Shown: in pieces, positions 1-11,800 of the stretch
How the letters are laid out: each line of letters begins with the position of its first letter
Numbering within the stretch: the stretch's first letter is position 1
NCBI GenBank assembly: GCA_010015585.1
Contig: ML975149.1
From: Eremomyces bilateralis CBS 781.70
Lineage: Eukaryota
Strand: one strand, 5' to 3'
Length of the DNA stretch: 64,000 nt
Notes under the pieces: generated by a model
What the model was told of the DNA's origin: nothing
The model's database searches: none
What the model saw: the letters and a program-made list of their open reading frames with translations, nothing else
Position numbers and translations under genes: made by a program

Positions 1-420
1 CTTGAGCACCAGTAATACGGTAGCACCTTAAGCACCAGCGGCATCTTAAGCACCAGTAGCATCTTCAGCACCAGCGGCACCTTGAGCACCAGCGACACCT
101 TAAGCACCAGCGACATCTTAAGCACCGGCATCTTAAGTACCGGCACCTCAAGTACCGGCACCCTAAGCACCGGCACCCTGAGCACCAGCGAGGCCTTAAG
201 CACCGGCACCTTGAGCACCAGCGGCACCTTAAACATCGGCACCTTAAACATCGGCACCTTAAGCACCAGCGGCACCTTAAGCACCAGCACCTTAAGCACC
301 GGCACCTTGAGCACCAGCGGCACCTTAAGTATCGGCACCTTAAGTATCGGCACCTTGAGCACCAGCAGCACCTTAAGTACTGGCATCTTGAGCACCAGCG
401 GCGCCTGCGGCGCCACCGCC
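1..420. repeat. Degenerate 15/18-bp minisatellite (about 24 units, consensus ~GCACCTTRAGCACC[AGC]G), truncated by the left edge of the window
   Basis: Tandem units such as caccttaagcaccggca, caccttgagcaccagcgg and caccttaagtatcggca are directly visible. Differences between units are almost all C/T or G/A transitions. Confidence 0.9.
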
Positions 421-618
421 ATTTTATGAATCCCTGGAGCATATCATGGATGCATCGATATTGAGGCTGACATTCTGATGGCGATGACACGAAGCACAAT
501 CAAACATCCATGGAGATGATTCGGATTCGCCGACAGCTGCAGCGATATTGACCCGCCAGGAAGATCCAGATGTTTTAGTGACGCTGTGGCAGATGACTTG
601 CATATCGAGTATGTACAA
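1..618 (-). pseudogene. Probable RIP-damaged coding relic with a Gly-Ala-Gln repeat
   Basis: The frame of ORF 424..618(-) continues past TAA (424-426) as NGGGAAGAAGAQDAST*GAAGAQGADT*... Stops fall where sister units have CAA (Gln). Confidence 0.45.
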
Positions 619-3600
619 TCGAGGTTGACAAATATCTTGGTTTCAAGGACTCCGAAATTCACCCCAATGCCGTCATCTCCAACCCACGTGTGATAGGGTA
701 GGGCATGTGGATTTCAGAATGACCTGCCAACTCGAGGCAGCACGTGCAAACAGCGGCAGAAAAGTATTAGGGCGCTTTCGCTTGATGAATGGTGAGTTGA
801 CACCATCCTTTCCAAAGAAAATTGTCCGTCGCTACAACACAGCGGATCCGGATGGATCCGTCAGACATGTGAGACGCTGCAACGAAATTCGCTGGATAGG
901 GATGATTTCCGAACGCTTCGGAGGCATGATGAAACCACACGGCAGCCGACCGCTCGGATCTCCCGCAAGGTTCCAATATCCAAAGACCAGAACTCACGTG
1001 TTGGAGTGGAATGAAGTGGAGTTGCAGCATGATCTACCCCACAACCGCAACCCCTTGCCGACTCACTGGGCTGAGGTCCCACATCCCGAGCCCCGAGGCG
1101 AGGTTTCGGTACTCATGTACCTACTTGGTACCGCGACCTCTGCGTACCAGAAATATTAGGACGACAAGGAATTCAAATTGGTAATCCGGAATATCACATC
1201 CGGAATACCACCGAATATCTAGGAGGAACCATCCTCGGAAGTTGGGAGGAATACTGGAGGGAGTAATATTCTAGATTGTTCCTTGGAGTCTAACCTGTAT
1301 TGGTAAGTGTTCGCAGCGAAAGTCCCAAGCCAATATCACGAAACTCGGCAAAAGTTGGGAAATGGATAGTGACGATATTTCTGCCGTGTTATTCAATGCC
1401 TCGGAGATGAGTCGTTTCGGGTCTCGGGACCAAGTCACGATCTTTGCGGAAACCCCCATGGCCCAGATTGGCCGAGCGCGGACGCGGTGGTCTGCTAGAA
1501 ACTTTAGTCTCTACTCTCTAGTTAGTAGAGGTACACGTCGACAAACTTTGCGAAAGAGCTAGACTTGTGCGCTGGGACTTGTCAGGGGCCTCAGAGCGAG
1601 GATATTATAAATGAAAGTGCAATAACCTCCGAACATGGTTAGTACTCGCCACGTGCCAGCACGCAAAGGACACATCATTCTATTCAGCATCTCGACGAAA
1701 TGGGGAAGTCCAATATCATTCTATATCTTCGGCGTTTAATTTCCGTTCCAAGTGATACTGGATACGGGTATACGCAGCGGAAGTTGTTAGTTCAACTAGT
1801 CCCTGCAGTCTGCGGACAATCCGAGCGAATCCGCAAAGATGGTGCATTCGGGCAAGTACGGAATGGAGACACTCGTCCTTGGTAAAGCCTAGATCGAAAC
1901 CGTTGCGCTAGGGAAGCCAAGCGACTCGTCGAATGTCGCGACCGATGTCGTCGATGACGGGAGAAATAGGAGCCAGCGTGAAGGGGTTTCAAAAATCGAT
2001 CGTGGAGTGAAGCCCTGGACTCGCATCATTTTACCAAACTTTCGTTTCTGCATAGTATGCACTCCAAATCGTTCAGAGATGAGCCAGCGAAGCGGAGACG
2101 GGGAAACCGGGAACAACACCGTGCAGTCCCGTCAGTGCAGATGTACAACTGTCCATGCATCTGAGCTTAATTGTACTGATGTATCATGTACCGACGACGG
2201 TCCAATGTACATGAGTACATCCATCTCGGGTCTACTCCACTCCGTCGGCTTCAATTTCCGATGAGCCTAATGTTGATCTCGCCTCGATACTGCATGCTAG
2301 CCGGAGTGGGCAACCCTCGAAACGGAAAGTATGGTCTTGTTCCAGATGCGCGCGAGATAGATCAACCCTGGAAAATCTTCTTCACGAGCAAATTTGGACA
2401 CGTAAAACGTAGTTTCAAGATAGAGTACTCGAGTTGCGACGGAAACGTTGTCTGCCCAAAGCCCCAGCCTCCGCAAAAGATGCTCCGCGACCAGTATCAA
2501 ACACGGAGGTCGGAGAGGCTGGGGGTGGGGTATCGAACCTCCCACATCGCCCATCGGGCCTCCCCGCGTGGGGTATTTGATGTGATCATCCAAATGAGAC
2601 ATCAAAACATCAACCATCGCGATCAGGCAGCTGGATAAATTTCAGCGTGGGATATGCGACCCTCCTGCTCATCTAGGCATCCATCGACATCAGGTTACCA
2701 ATACTTGATGAGCAAAGGTCAGCTGCATTGTGAGGTTGACGAAGCACGACTCGTCAGGTATGAGGCGTCGCAATATCCTTCGTAAACCTGACCTACACCC
2801 GCCTTGCAGGCTGACTTGTCGTCAGTCGTCGTGGTCATCCGAATATTTCGGAGTCAGACACAACTATATCACATTACCATATTAAACTACCTGTTCCCCT
2901 TCGGTCATTCGCAAACGCATCCCAGCTTGAGAAACAACACAGCCGACAACGTGCGCCTATCAGATCCATCGCGGCCACATTCCCTAAGAGGCGGTCTGAA
3001 GCGGTGTATTTGTCCATCCCGACTGGTAACAACTCATCCGTATCATTCTCGTGATGCCTCCAATCGCGAGGCGGAATGAAGGGCGGTCAGGGACCGCTAC
3101 TTTGCGATCTGGTGTGGTTACACACGCGATTGGATGGCTTCGGGGCGCGGGGTCCGGAGAACAATGAAGGTTGGGCTGCAAAACCCAATGCCGCAATGTG
3201 TCGCTACAAGGCGACGCGGATCCAGGCAGTAGCCGTGATCCTAGCCGGCGTGGGAGCGGTGCGGCGGCAGAGGTTGCGGATGGGAGGGACTCCGGTGAAT
3301 ACCGGCTAAAGGGATCTGATCAATGAATCATGACTAAAGAGGGTTTCGCGATCGGAATGGAAACTAGATCATTTGATTGCGCCTGTATTACCGACTGATC
3401 CTCCCTTTCAAAAATCGATATGGAGAGAAATTAGAAACTGAGTGTCACGCTCAGACTGTCACGGAGAAAAGACAAAGCCATGGGCACCTTGGGATCACAT
3501 CACATCCTTCCGTTCGACGTCCTTGCTTCTTCACCTGGAACACCGAAACTGCAGGTGATAATAATATCAGATATGTGATGAGAAGACCTGCCGGATGGGC

Positions 3601-4660
3601 GCCGAAAAGGATGGCGGTTCCGCGTGCTTTGGCCCCCGTAAGGATTCCCGAGGCTGCTCACCCCCAGCAATCTCCCCAGCAATTCACCCACAAATAGCGA
3701 GGCAAACACCCGGTAACCACAGGTCATTGGATAGCCCCGGAGCAATTTGATGGTGGGTACCATTTGACCGCGGTGCTCCACGAGAAACGTCGGGAACACG
3801 TTCTCTGGCTCGGTCGAAGTGTGATCGTTCCGTGGGCGCCTTCTCGGGCCTTGGTTCCATGGATGGGAGATCTAGCTGAGGGTCACGGAGGTGACGGATA
3901 GTATAATACGTGTCGGATGAAATGATTTTCGACCTTCAAAAGCACTCTGACTCCCTTTCGGCCGTTTCGACATCTGCCCCTTTAAATTGCTTTGTCTGCT
4001 TCTGAGATTTGGTTCCGTGAGTTGTGTGACTCGAGTCCAAGAACAAGCAAGTCAAAAAACGACATATCAAACCGAACACCCCATCCCCTTTTGGTTCGAC
4101 ACCGAATTCAAATCTCCAAGCCGCAGAAGCTGCAGAAGCTGCAGAAGCGGGCGTCCATCCACCACGCCCACGTCCGAAAGCACAACGTTCATACGTCGCC
4201 CACGTCAACCAGTCATCCCGCGCCTCTAACTCAGTCTGAGACCGCTCTTCCACACGACTTTACCGCCTCTTGAGATATAAGATATCACATTCCTCTTGCC
4301 GCCCGATTTTTCTTCCTGATCACGGAAAGGTTTATGTCCATGTTAGACTTTTCAGTCGTGCATATCATTCGAACCAAACCAAATCTTGGTGGTCGGAAAC
4401 ATTCGCATATCACCACGACCATTTTATCAACTTGCGCTCAGCCCAGTCCCCCGATCTCGGCTGATTTCCGTGGCTCCTCCGCACCCCACGACACGCCATC
4501 CAGCTGAGCTGTGCACACTCGTCATAGTCGCGTCGACGGCCACGCCACACCCAAACACGTATCGAACCAGAACCAGAATATATCAACAACGTCACCAGCC
4601 CTGGTGACGGTTGTTTTCAACACCACCCAGCGTCCCAAACCTACGCGAAAGTCATTCACC

Positions 4661-5140
4661 ATGCATTTCTTCGACTCACCCTCACCGAACTCCTCCTCCA
4701 CCACCATCACCATCGGCTTCTCCACCAGCCCTTCCTCTATCCGCTCTTCCTCCTCGACCTCCTCGACCTCCTCGACATCCTCCACCTCTTCCTCCTCCGA
4801 TAGCACCTTCACCTGCGCATTCCCGTCATGGCCGGCCAGCAGCACGCTCTCATCTTCATGTCCCTACACGGGCTCACCGACCCCTTCCTACCTTGAAAAC
4901 CCACCGAGCTCCTTCATCAGCGACGAGGACCTCTTCGGCGATCTGGAGCCCATGCTGCTGACCGAGGCGCCCGCTCCACCGCGGCAGTACCATCAGCAAG
5001 TGGCGCAGCCCTTGTTGCCACTGTATGCCAGCGCAAGGCCGTACCCGGAGAAGAAGAAGCGGAGACGGAGTAGCGGAAAGAAGGCTGGGAAGGCGAAGAC
5101 CAATATGGAGACCATCCTGGAAGCCAAGGAGTCCCTTTAA
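4661..5140 (+). CDS. Small Ser-rich hypothetical protein (159 aa, intronless) with a C-terminal basic NLS-like tract
   Basis: ATG in good context (ttcaccATG, 4661) and C-ending codon bias. Motifs TCAFPSWP and SSFISDEDLF resemble a Pezizomycotina hypothetical family from memory. KKKRRRSS lies near the C-terminus. Confidence 0.75.
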   Translation: MHFFDSPSPNSSSTTITIGFSTSPSSIRSSSSTSSTSSTSSTSSSSDSTFTCAFPSWPASSTLSSSCPYTGSPTPSYLENPPSSFISDEDLFGDLEPMLLTEAPAPPRQYHQQVAQPLLPLYASARPYPEKKKRRRSSGKKAGKAKTNMETILEAKESL

Positions 5141-8100
5141 TGAATAAGTGATGACATGCTTTTATGAAATGGTAAGTTGTGACAAAGCATATTGCGCAAT
5201 ATATGACTAACGATCAAGACAGATGAAAGTAACGATATGATACCCCTTACGAGTGATGACAAATGTACATCACTGTCACTGCGGCCATGAGCCCCCATGT
5301 GGCCGCGACCATCCGGCTTTGAGTCGCGTTGCGATTCTACACCTTGAGAGAGTCGCTAGAATGCATGCGCTCACGCGCTGTTCACACATTGCGTTCGGAT
5401 TTCGAGTGCTAGCCACATAACGATGCATGGCAGTATCTTGGCAACCTGACACCTTCATCAGCCTGAGCAAGTTGGCTGAGCCCGACAACATGCACAAGCA
5501 GAGTGCCGTTGCAAATGCGCGACGCGAGTTCATTCCGGCCATCTCCTGCTTCGATGAGCATAGAATGGATGGTTACGGCGAGGAATTGCTATTGCGTAAT
5601 CGTGGTTCCCTAGCGGATGTGCTGAGCACATCCTTGGCTGAACCATGTGCACGAGAATTTTGACTAGCCTTTCGGACCCGGCTTCCGTGCGTTGGAAGGT
5701 AGAGGAGGTTGGTTGTTTGAATCCACCAGATGGTTGATTTTGAAGGAAGATGTGGATATATGCACTGTACTGAAGTGGAGCCGTCTGGTTTGTGCTTAAA
5801 TGTTGACGAGACATAAGACATTGAGATCTCAGATTCGAATTCCTGGGGAATGGAGAAGAGAGCTTTGGCCCTCATCTGCTCTTGCGGAGAGGCTGGTGGC
5901 ATGTATCCACCTTGAGCTGTCAATGCTCCTGTGCTCGAGCAGAATCTAATCAACAATCCAACTAATTGTCTGAAAATGAAATTGTGTCCTACTCACTGTC
6001 CCATACCGCTGGTTACTAGCATGGGCGACCATCATGTTCAAGTACTTCACCTCGAGTCTATCCCACGACTCCATAGGATTTATTCGAAATTTGAAAGACC
6101 AAAGGTTGCGCCACTGTGCAGGTATGGTATGGCCGCAGAGCAGAGCACTGTTCACGTCACTGACCTGTGCGTAGCCGACGCAAAACGGGGCAACGGGCGC
6201 ATCGTCCCGTTAGTAAGTGCCAATCAGCGCTCCCTCCCGCATAGAACCAACATCACTATCACGAATTCACGATGCATTCGTTGAACATTACAACTCCTTC
6301 CGACCAAACACGGCGCTTAGAGACTTGGAGACTTTCTGAAACATTTGACTGACGATCTGATGACTCTCATAACGAGGACTTAAGACATTGGAGTGGAAAT
6401 AAAACGGAGAAGTATTGACAAGTTCTCGTCACCCCTCGACTCCCAAAATGTGCTATCAAGCCATGGCGCTGGTGGCAGCTTGGAATGTGGGTCAGTGGGT
6501 CTTCGGTCGCTATCACGGTCCGTTCCCTTGCTGGCCGCGGGTCGCTCCAAGGGCAAGGATGCTACAATTCAAATCCACTGATCCGCCATGCTCGCTTCCC
6601 GAGTCCTTGTCCTCACCGGCTGGTCGCAGATGCGGTTTGTTAGGAACTCGGGGGAGCAAGGTCTATTACCAGACATTGAAACACCACGTGCTGCTGTAAG
6701 CTGGCTGACGAGCGGGCGGTTAGAATAATAGTACTGCTAGAGTACTACTGTAGGAACGAATAGGGCACGACTTATATGCGCAGGCGCTGAGCGAGCGTCC
6801 TTGATGTGTAACAGACCTTCTGATGAAGTGGCATTTGCTTGGTGTGGGGGGCATTGCATTAATTCACCTATGCTCACGCCAGGAATCGGACGTGGGATTC
6901 GGTCAGCCACTTCTATTGGATAGGCAATTCGAAGGATTCATAGTTATTCCAAAATCGCATCTAATTTTCTCCATTACGACGGATTTGTTGGTAGAATTCA
7001 GCGTTGGAGTTGGAAATTCGTGAGGTTGGGAATTACTAGTTGGGAGTGATGGAGAGCTTGGGCAGGCCTGGCGTTTCTTCTGTTTGTGATACCCTAGAGA
7101 CGGCTAGAGTTATCCAGCCGAGATTCAACGAACCTTTGTGCAACATCATCTCTCCTTCACTTTACTTGGATACCATCAGAATGTTTCTTGGAGACACAAT
7201 ATGGAAAATGCATATGAACATGATCCCAAGGTCTTTGCTGGAATTCCAGACTATGCATTGCTTCCTACTTCGGGGTAGTGGCGGTCAGAATGCCCAGGTA
7301 CCTTGTCACAAGTTAGGAAAGCCGTACTACCGCATATGCGGACGATATCGTCGTATATTGGTCTTCCCAGGTTATTTCGAAAGGGTCAAGGATAGCCTCA
7401 GTAAGTGTTTCTCTTGTTATCCTCGTGTCTCGGAAGTTAAATCATCCATTGTCAACGAGTCTGAGTGAAGAGGGGTGGGGCAGGTATTTGAATATCAATG
7501 GTTCTTGGGACAACAACGCCGCCATGCGCCATGCGCCATGCGCCACGAGCCCACGACGCGATATTCTGGCAGGAAAACGTGGGAAACAAGGCCCTTTTTA
7601 ACTCCAACTCACACCACTCTAACTCACACCACTCTTGATAGCCAACAAAACCACATCCTTGGCCAAATTTCCAGTCGAGGGGGTTGGGGGGACCGGGGAC
7701 AAGGCTTGCTAGAGCTCCAGAGACCGAAAGCATGGAAGCACAAGCTCATTGGCTACATGGAGGCTAGGCTAAGTGTGATGGCTGACCACTCGCACTCCAA
7801 CCATCTCCTCGAAGTTCCTGGTCCCTGCAGAGCAACAGGAATGCCACCGTCGTACCGCCTATTACTGGCTCATCACGTCGGCTCCGTCGCTCTGGCAGTG
7901 AAACAATGCCCGCAGAAACGGTCGTCTTAATGGATTTCTTGAGAGGGATTTGTCCTGGGGTTTGAAGACTGACATTCTAGTGCCCTGGGGGGTGCTCATG
8001 ATGTCCCGCCTCAAAAGCCTCCTGGGCTTTTCCGTTCTTCATACGCTCCCCCAACCTCTCCCCTCCAGCTTTCATTTCGCCATTGCGCACTCCTCAAGCC

Positions 8101-8878
8101 CAATTCGCGCACTGTCACTCCCATCTCGGGCACTAGACATACTGATCGGCCAGTTTGACCTTGTCCCGCTGTTCGGCAAGGATATGGGCATCACAACTGG
8201 CTGATCGCAACGCAGGTGGCAGACCCTGAATACGTGAGCCTCACAGTTGACCAGTTGCCGCACCTCGTTAAGCGCCCAACAAGCTGCACCATTGGAGACG
8301 TTGGTTACTGGAGGTTGAGTTTGAGAACCGCTTTCTGCATCCTGCGACCATCATCTCCTCTCGCGCTGTCTTTCCCATCTTCTTCTCGTCTCTTGTATGC
8401 ATTGCGATCTCTTTCTTGCTGTTTCGCCGTTTGTCGCTACCCCTCCTGATTCAGCGCCTTTGTATCACTTTGCATATCCTCCTAATTCCCCTCCATTTAC
8501 ACCCTTTGAGGGGGCGTATGCGTTTCGGACCTACCTGCCCTGCAGCCGGAACCAGAGCTCACAATCACCGTCGGGGGGGGGCACAACCTCCTCAGCGTCC
8601 ACCTCAAACCTCATCCCAGTTCATTGGGCCTCGCTGGGCGCTGAATTGTAGTTGTGAGTACCGGCGAAGAGGCTGGGTTTCCCATATCCTTTTTTGTCTT
8701 CCCCAGTGACACCAGCTCTCCTTCATACATCTCACAGTCCCTCAAAGTCAAACCCCGCTTGTGTTTCCTTATCCGTAATATCGGATTGTCTGGTTTAGGT
8801 CTTGTACAATATTCATTCGTCGCCTACCATGGGGTTTCTCTGTAATTAAAGACGCACAAATATGACGTTCCACTGACG

Positions 8879-11800
8879 ATGGCACCTCCAAAAGCACCTC
8901 CGTCCTCGGAACTCGACAAGCCATCCTCCAACCCGGATCCAAAACCTTCCGCCATGTCGACCGGCTCCTATCCCGCCCCCTATCCTCGCTCTACCTCCCA
9001 AGGATCTCGTCGCTCAGATCACTCCGACTCTCGCCATTCGAATCGATCGAATCGATCGAATCGATTGCACCCCATCCCACCTGCACCGACGTTAACTCCC
9101 GCGAACGACATTCGCTTTCAACCAGCCGCTGCGACAGGATCATTCTTACTATATGCATACCGCAATCTAATTCTATGTCTTCACCATGACACACTGGCAA
9201 TCGAGCGTCGGTTCGATAGGCACCGCGACGAAGTTCAATGGATCTCGGTGGACAACATTAGTGAGCGGGGAGCCGGGCGACTGGTGGTTAGCTATGATAC
9301 CAGTCAGACAACCATTGTGTGGGACCTTTTGACGGGAGATGAGGTGGCGCGGTTCGCGTCGTATGAGGAGATACGGATTGCGAGCTGGATGAGGAATGGG
9401 AATATCGCATTTGGTAAGTTTACGTTATTTCTTTGAATTGGGTAGGCCGAATGGACAATATAACTTAGAACTGGGTATAAGAGATGGAACCAACGTCTAT
9501 TTTCCGAGAGCGCTGAGCCATGAAATGTCTGGACTGGATAAAACGGATTTACAAATGGGGAGAAGATTACTCACCCTGACTTTCTGGGAGTCTAACTCCG
9601 CCCACGTACTGTCCAATGGTCACTGAGGCTATTGTCCGACTTGAATCTGATGTACTGTTTTGGGGTCATTCGGCTTGGGAATGACTGATCGGAAGGATAC
9701 GATAACCGGACCGTTCGTTTGGACGTTCTCAGTCAAAGACTCCAGGTTTTTGCTTTCATGAATACTTGTGTTACCCAGCGACTTGGTGTTCAAACGAGTC
9801 CTTCTTTTCTCATTCTTCCTACCTATTGTTCTAGACGTATCGCAGGACTGGAGGGACTGGTTGACTGACAAGTTTTCAGGGAACGACCAAGGAAACGTGA
9901 TACTTTTCGAGCCATCAACATCAGAACATGTGTCTGCACGGACGATATTCGATCCGATCACTGCGCTGGCACCATCTCCTGATTGCCGGACGTTTTCTAT
10001 TGGGTTAGTCGTTTATGGTTTGACTTTTGTTGCGGAATGGCGGCTGACGATGATGCAGTTACATGAATGGATCAATTTTGATCGTAACATTACAACCATT
10101 CACTATTCTACACACCCTCAGCACGGCGAGATCCCCCTCACCTATAAACGGGCTCGCATGGCACGGATCTTCATCTAAGCAGAAATCTGAGATGTTGGCA
10201 TCACAAACAGCCGATGGAGATCTCCGCGTATGGAGTATCCCCAAATCACCATCACCAGATCCGCCAACTGTAATCCGGGTCCTGAACCGATCGGAAAACA
10301 GGATAATTGCTCCATGTTGGTTTGCGTGGTCGAAGCTTGGGAGGATTGTTCAGTATTCTGAAGGGTAAGTTGATTGGCCGCACAACCCCTGCTCGGCGCG
10401 TATTCAAGGGGGGGGGGGGCACAGCGTATATCAGACGAGACGGCGCTAACTGATACAGGCAAACTTGTGTTTGGGACGTGCGGACCAAACGGGTGACCTA
10501 TGAGACTGTCCCAACTCTCGAAGGTATCGTCGCCATTACCAATTTCGGGCAAACAGCTACATTGTTCACCTTGTGTCGGAACTTTACCATCCAGCAGTAT
10601 GATGTTAATCCCAATACTAAACCGACACTCGTTGCCAATATGCAGCAGCCCCCTGCAAACCTCCCACCATCACCGCCCAATTCGATTGAACAGCAGAAGG
10701 CGGCACTGCACGGCAATGCGCCACTAACAATTGCGACGTTTCCTGTCCAATTGGAATTCGAGTCCACGAGCGAGGAAGAAGGCCCTCCCATGTCCCCGTT
10801 GGAGAAGATCGCCAAGGAAATGGGGCAACTGGACGACCTCGAAGACGAGATGCGTGACCGGTTGGGACCTCTCAGCCCTGTCTCAAGTCGAGGGAGCCAA
10901 AGCTCGCGCTCCTCTGCAGGTCGCAGGGAACGTGACCACCTTCGATCATTGGCCGCCGCGAAAAAGCGTACACATAGTAAGAATTTGAGCAGGCGCCCGC
11001 TTAAACCTTACTCCCCCGGTATTGTGTCCGATAGCTCGACCGGCGATTCCACCGTCTTTTCATCGGCCAACTCTTCTCTGCGTAGTGTATCCACTCGTAG
11101 TGCGCTTGAGAGCTCACAGTGGACGTACTCTACGTCGGGGAGTGCGGCTCCCAAGTCGAGCCATCTTCGTAAGGAAGTCACCATCGGTCCCGACGAGAAG
11201 GAACACAGCGCTCCTATGGATTTGTTCCCTTACTTCAAGGCCAAGATGAGTGAGGCACAATTCCGCAGTGCCCCAATGGACAATCAGTACCGCAGCCCAG
11301 ATGACTTGAGGCGCCTGGTGTTGGATCTCATGTTTGACTGGACAGACGACGTCGACGCACTTATCCGTGAAGAGAGTAAGTAAGCCCATAACTCTAACAG
11401 TGATACTCCTTGGACGCTTATATTTTATTGTACAGTTTCGAAACATCCGCCGGCCTCTTCTATCGCTGTTATTCTTGCAAAATGGCTCGGTGACCTCGAA
11501 GCAGACATGGCTGCATCTTTAGTCGGCTCGTCGGCCATGTCTTCAGCTGACTGGATGGTAGTCGCACTCTGTACAATGGGGCAGGAATCACAGAGGAAGA
11601 TGGGCGAGGCTTTCGTGCAAAGCCTTCTTGCCAAAGGCGATATCCACCCCGCAGTCGCTCTCCTTCTCGGATTCGGCGAGCACGACGAGGCTGTTGAAGT
11701 CTATGTTTCACGAAAGTACTACATGGAGGCATTGCTTCTTACTTGTCTTCTTTTCCCGTCAAACTGGGAACGACAGAAGCACCTAGTACGCAAGTGGGGC

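Noticed and set aside
1..420. Repeat array as a CRISPR-like locus
   Set aside because: Units are contiguous with no unique spacers, the context is eukaryotic, and there are no cas genes.
65..499. Cys/Arg-rich ORF (65..499 -) and Ser/Thr-rich ORF (82..429 +)
   Set aside because: Both are alternative frames of the minisatellite and stay open only because the unit lengths are multiples of 3. The frame with the mutational signature is the Gly-Ala-Gln one.
700..4500. Many 60-150 aa ORFs on both strands
   Set aside because: No recognisable motifs, no codon bias and no consistent splice model. Treated as intergenic or UTR, though decayed gene remnants cannot be excluded.
5270..8800. ORFs 5573..5956(-), 7040..7468(+), 7475..7930(+) and a minus-strand peptide QRPWDHVHMHF faintly like an integrase PW..(I/V)HxDF motif
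   Set aside because: No flanking zinc-finger or DDE residues, LTRs or TIRs were found, and stop density in the candidate frames is about random.
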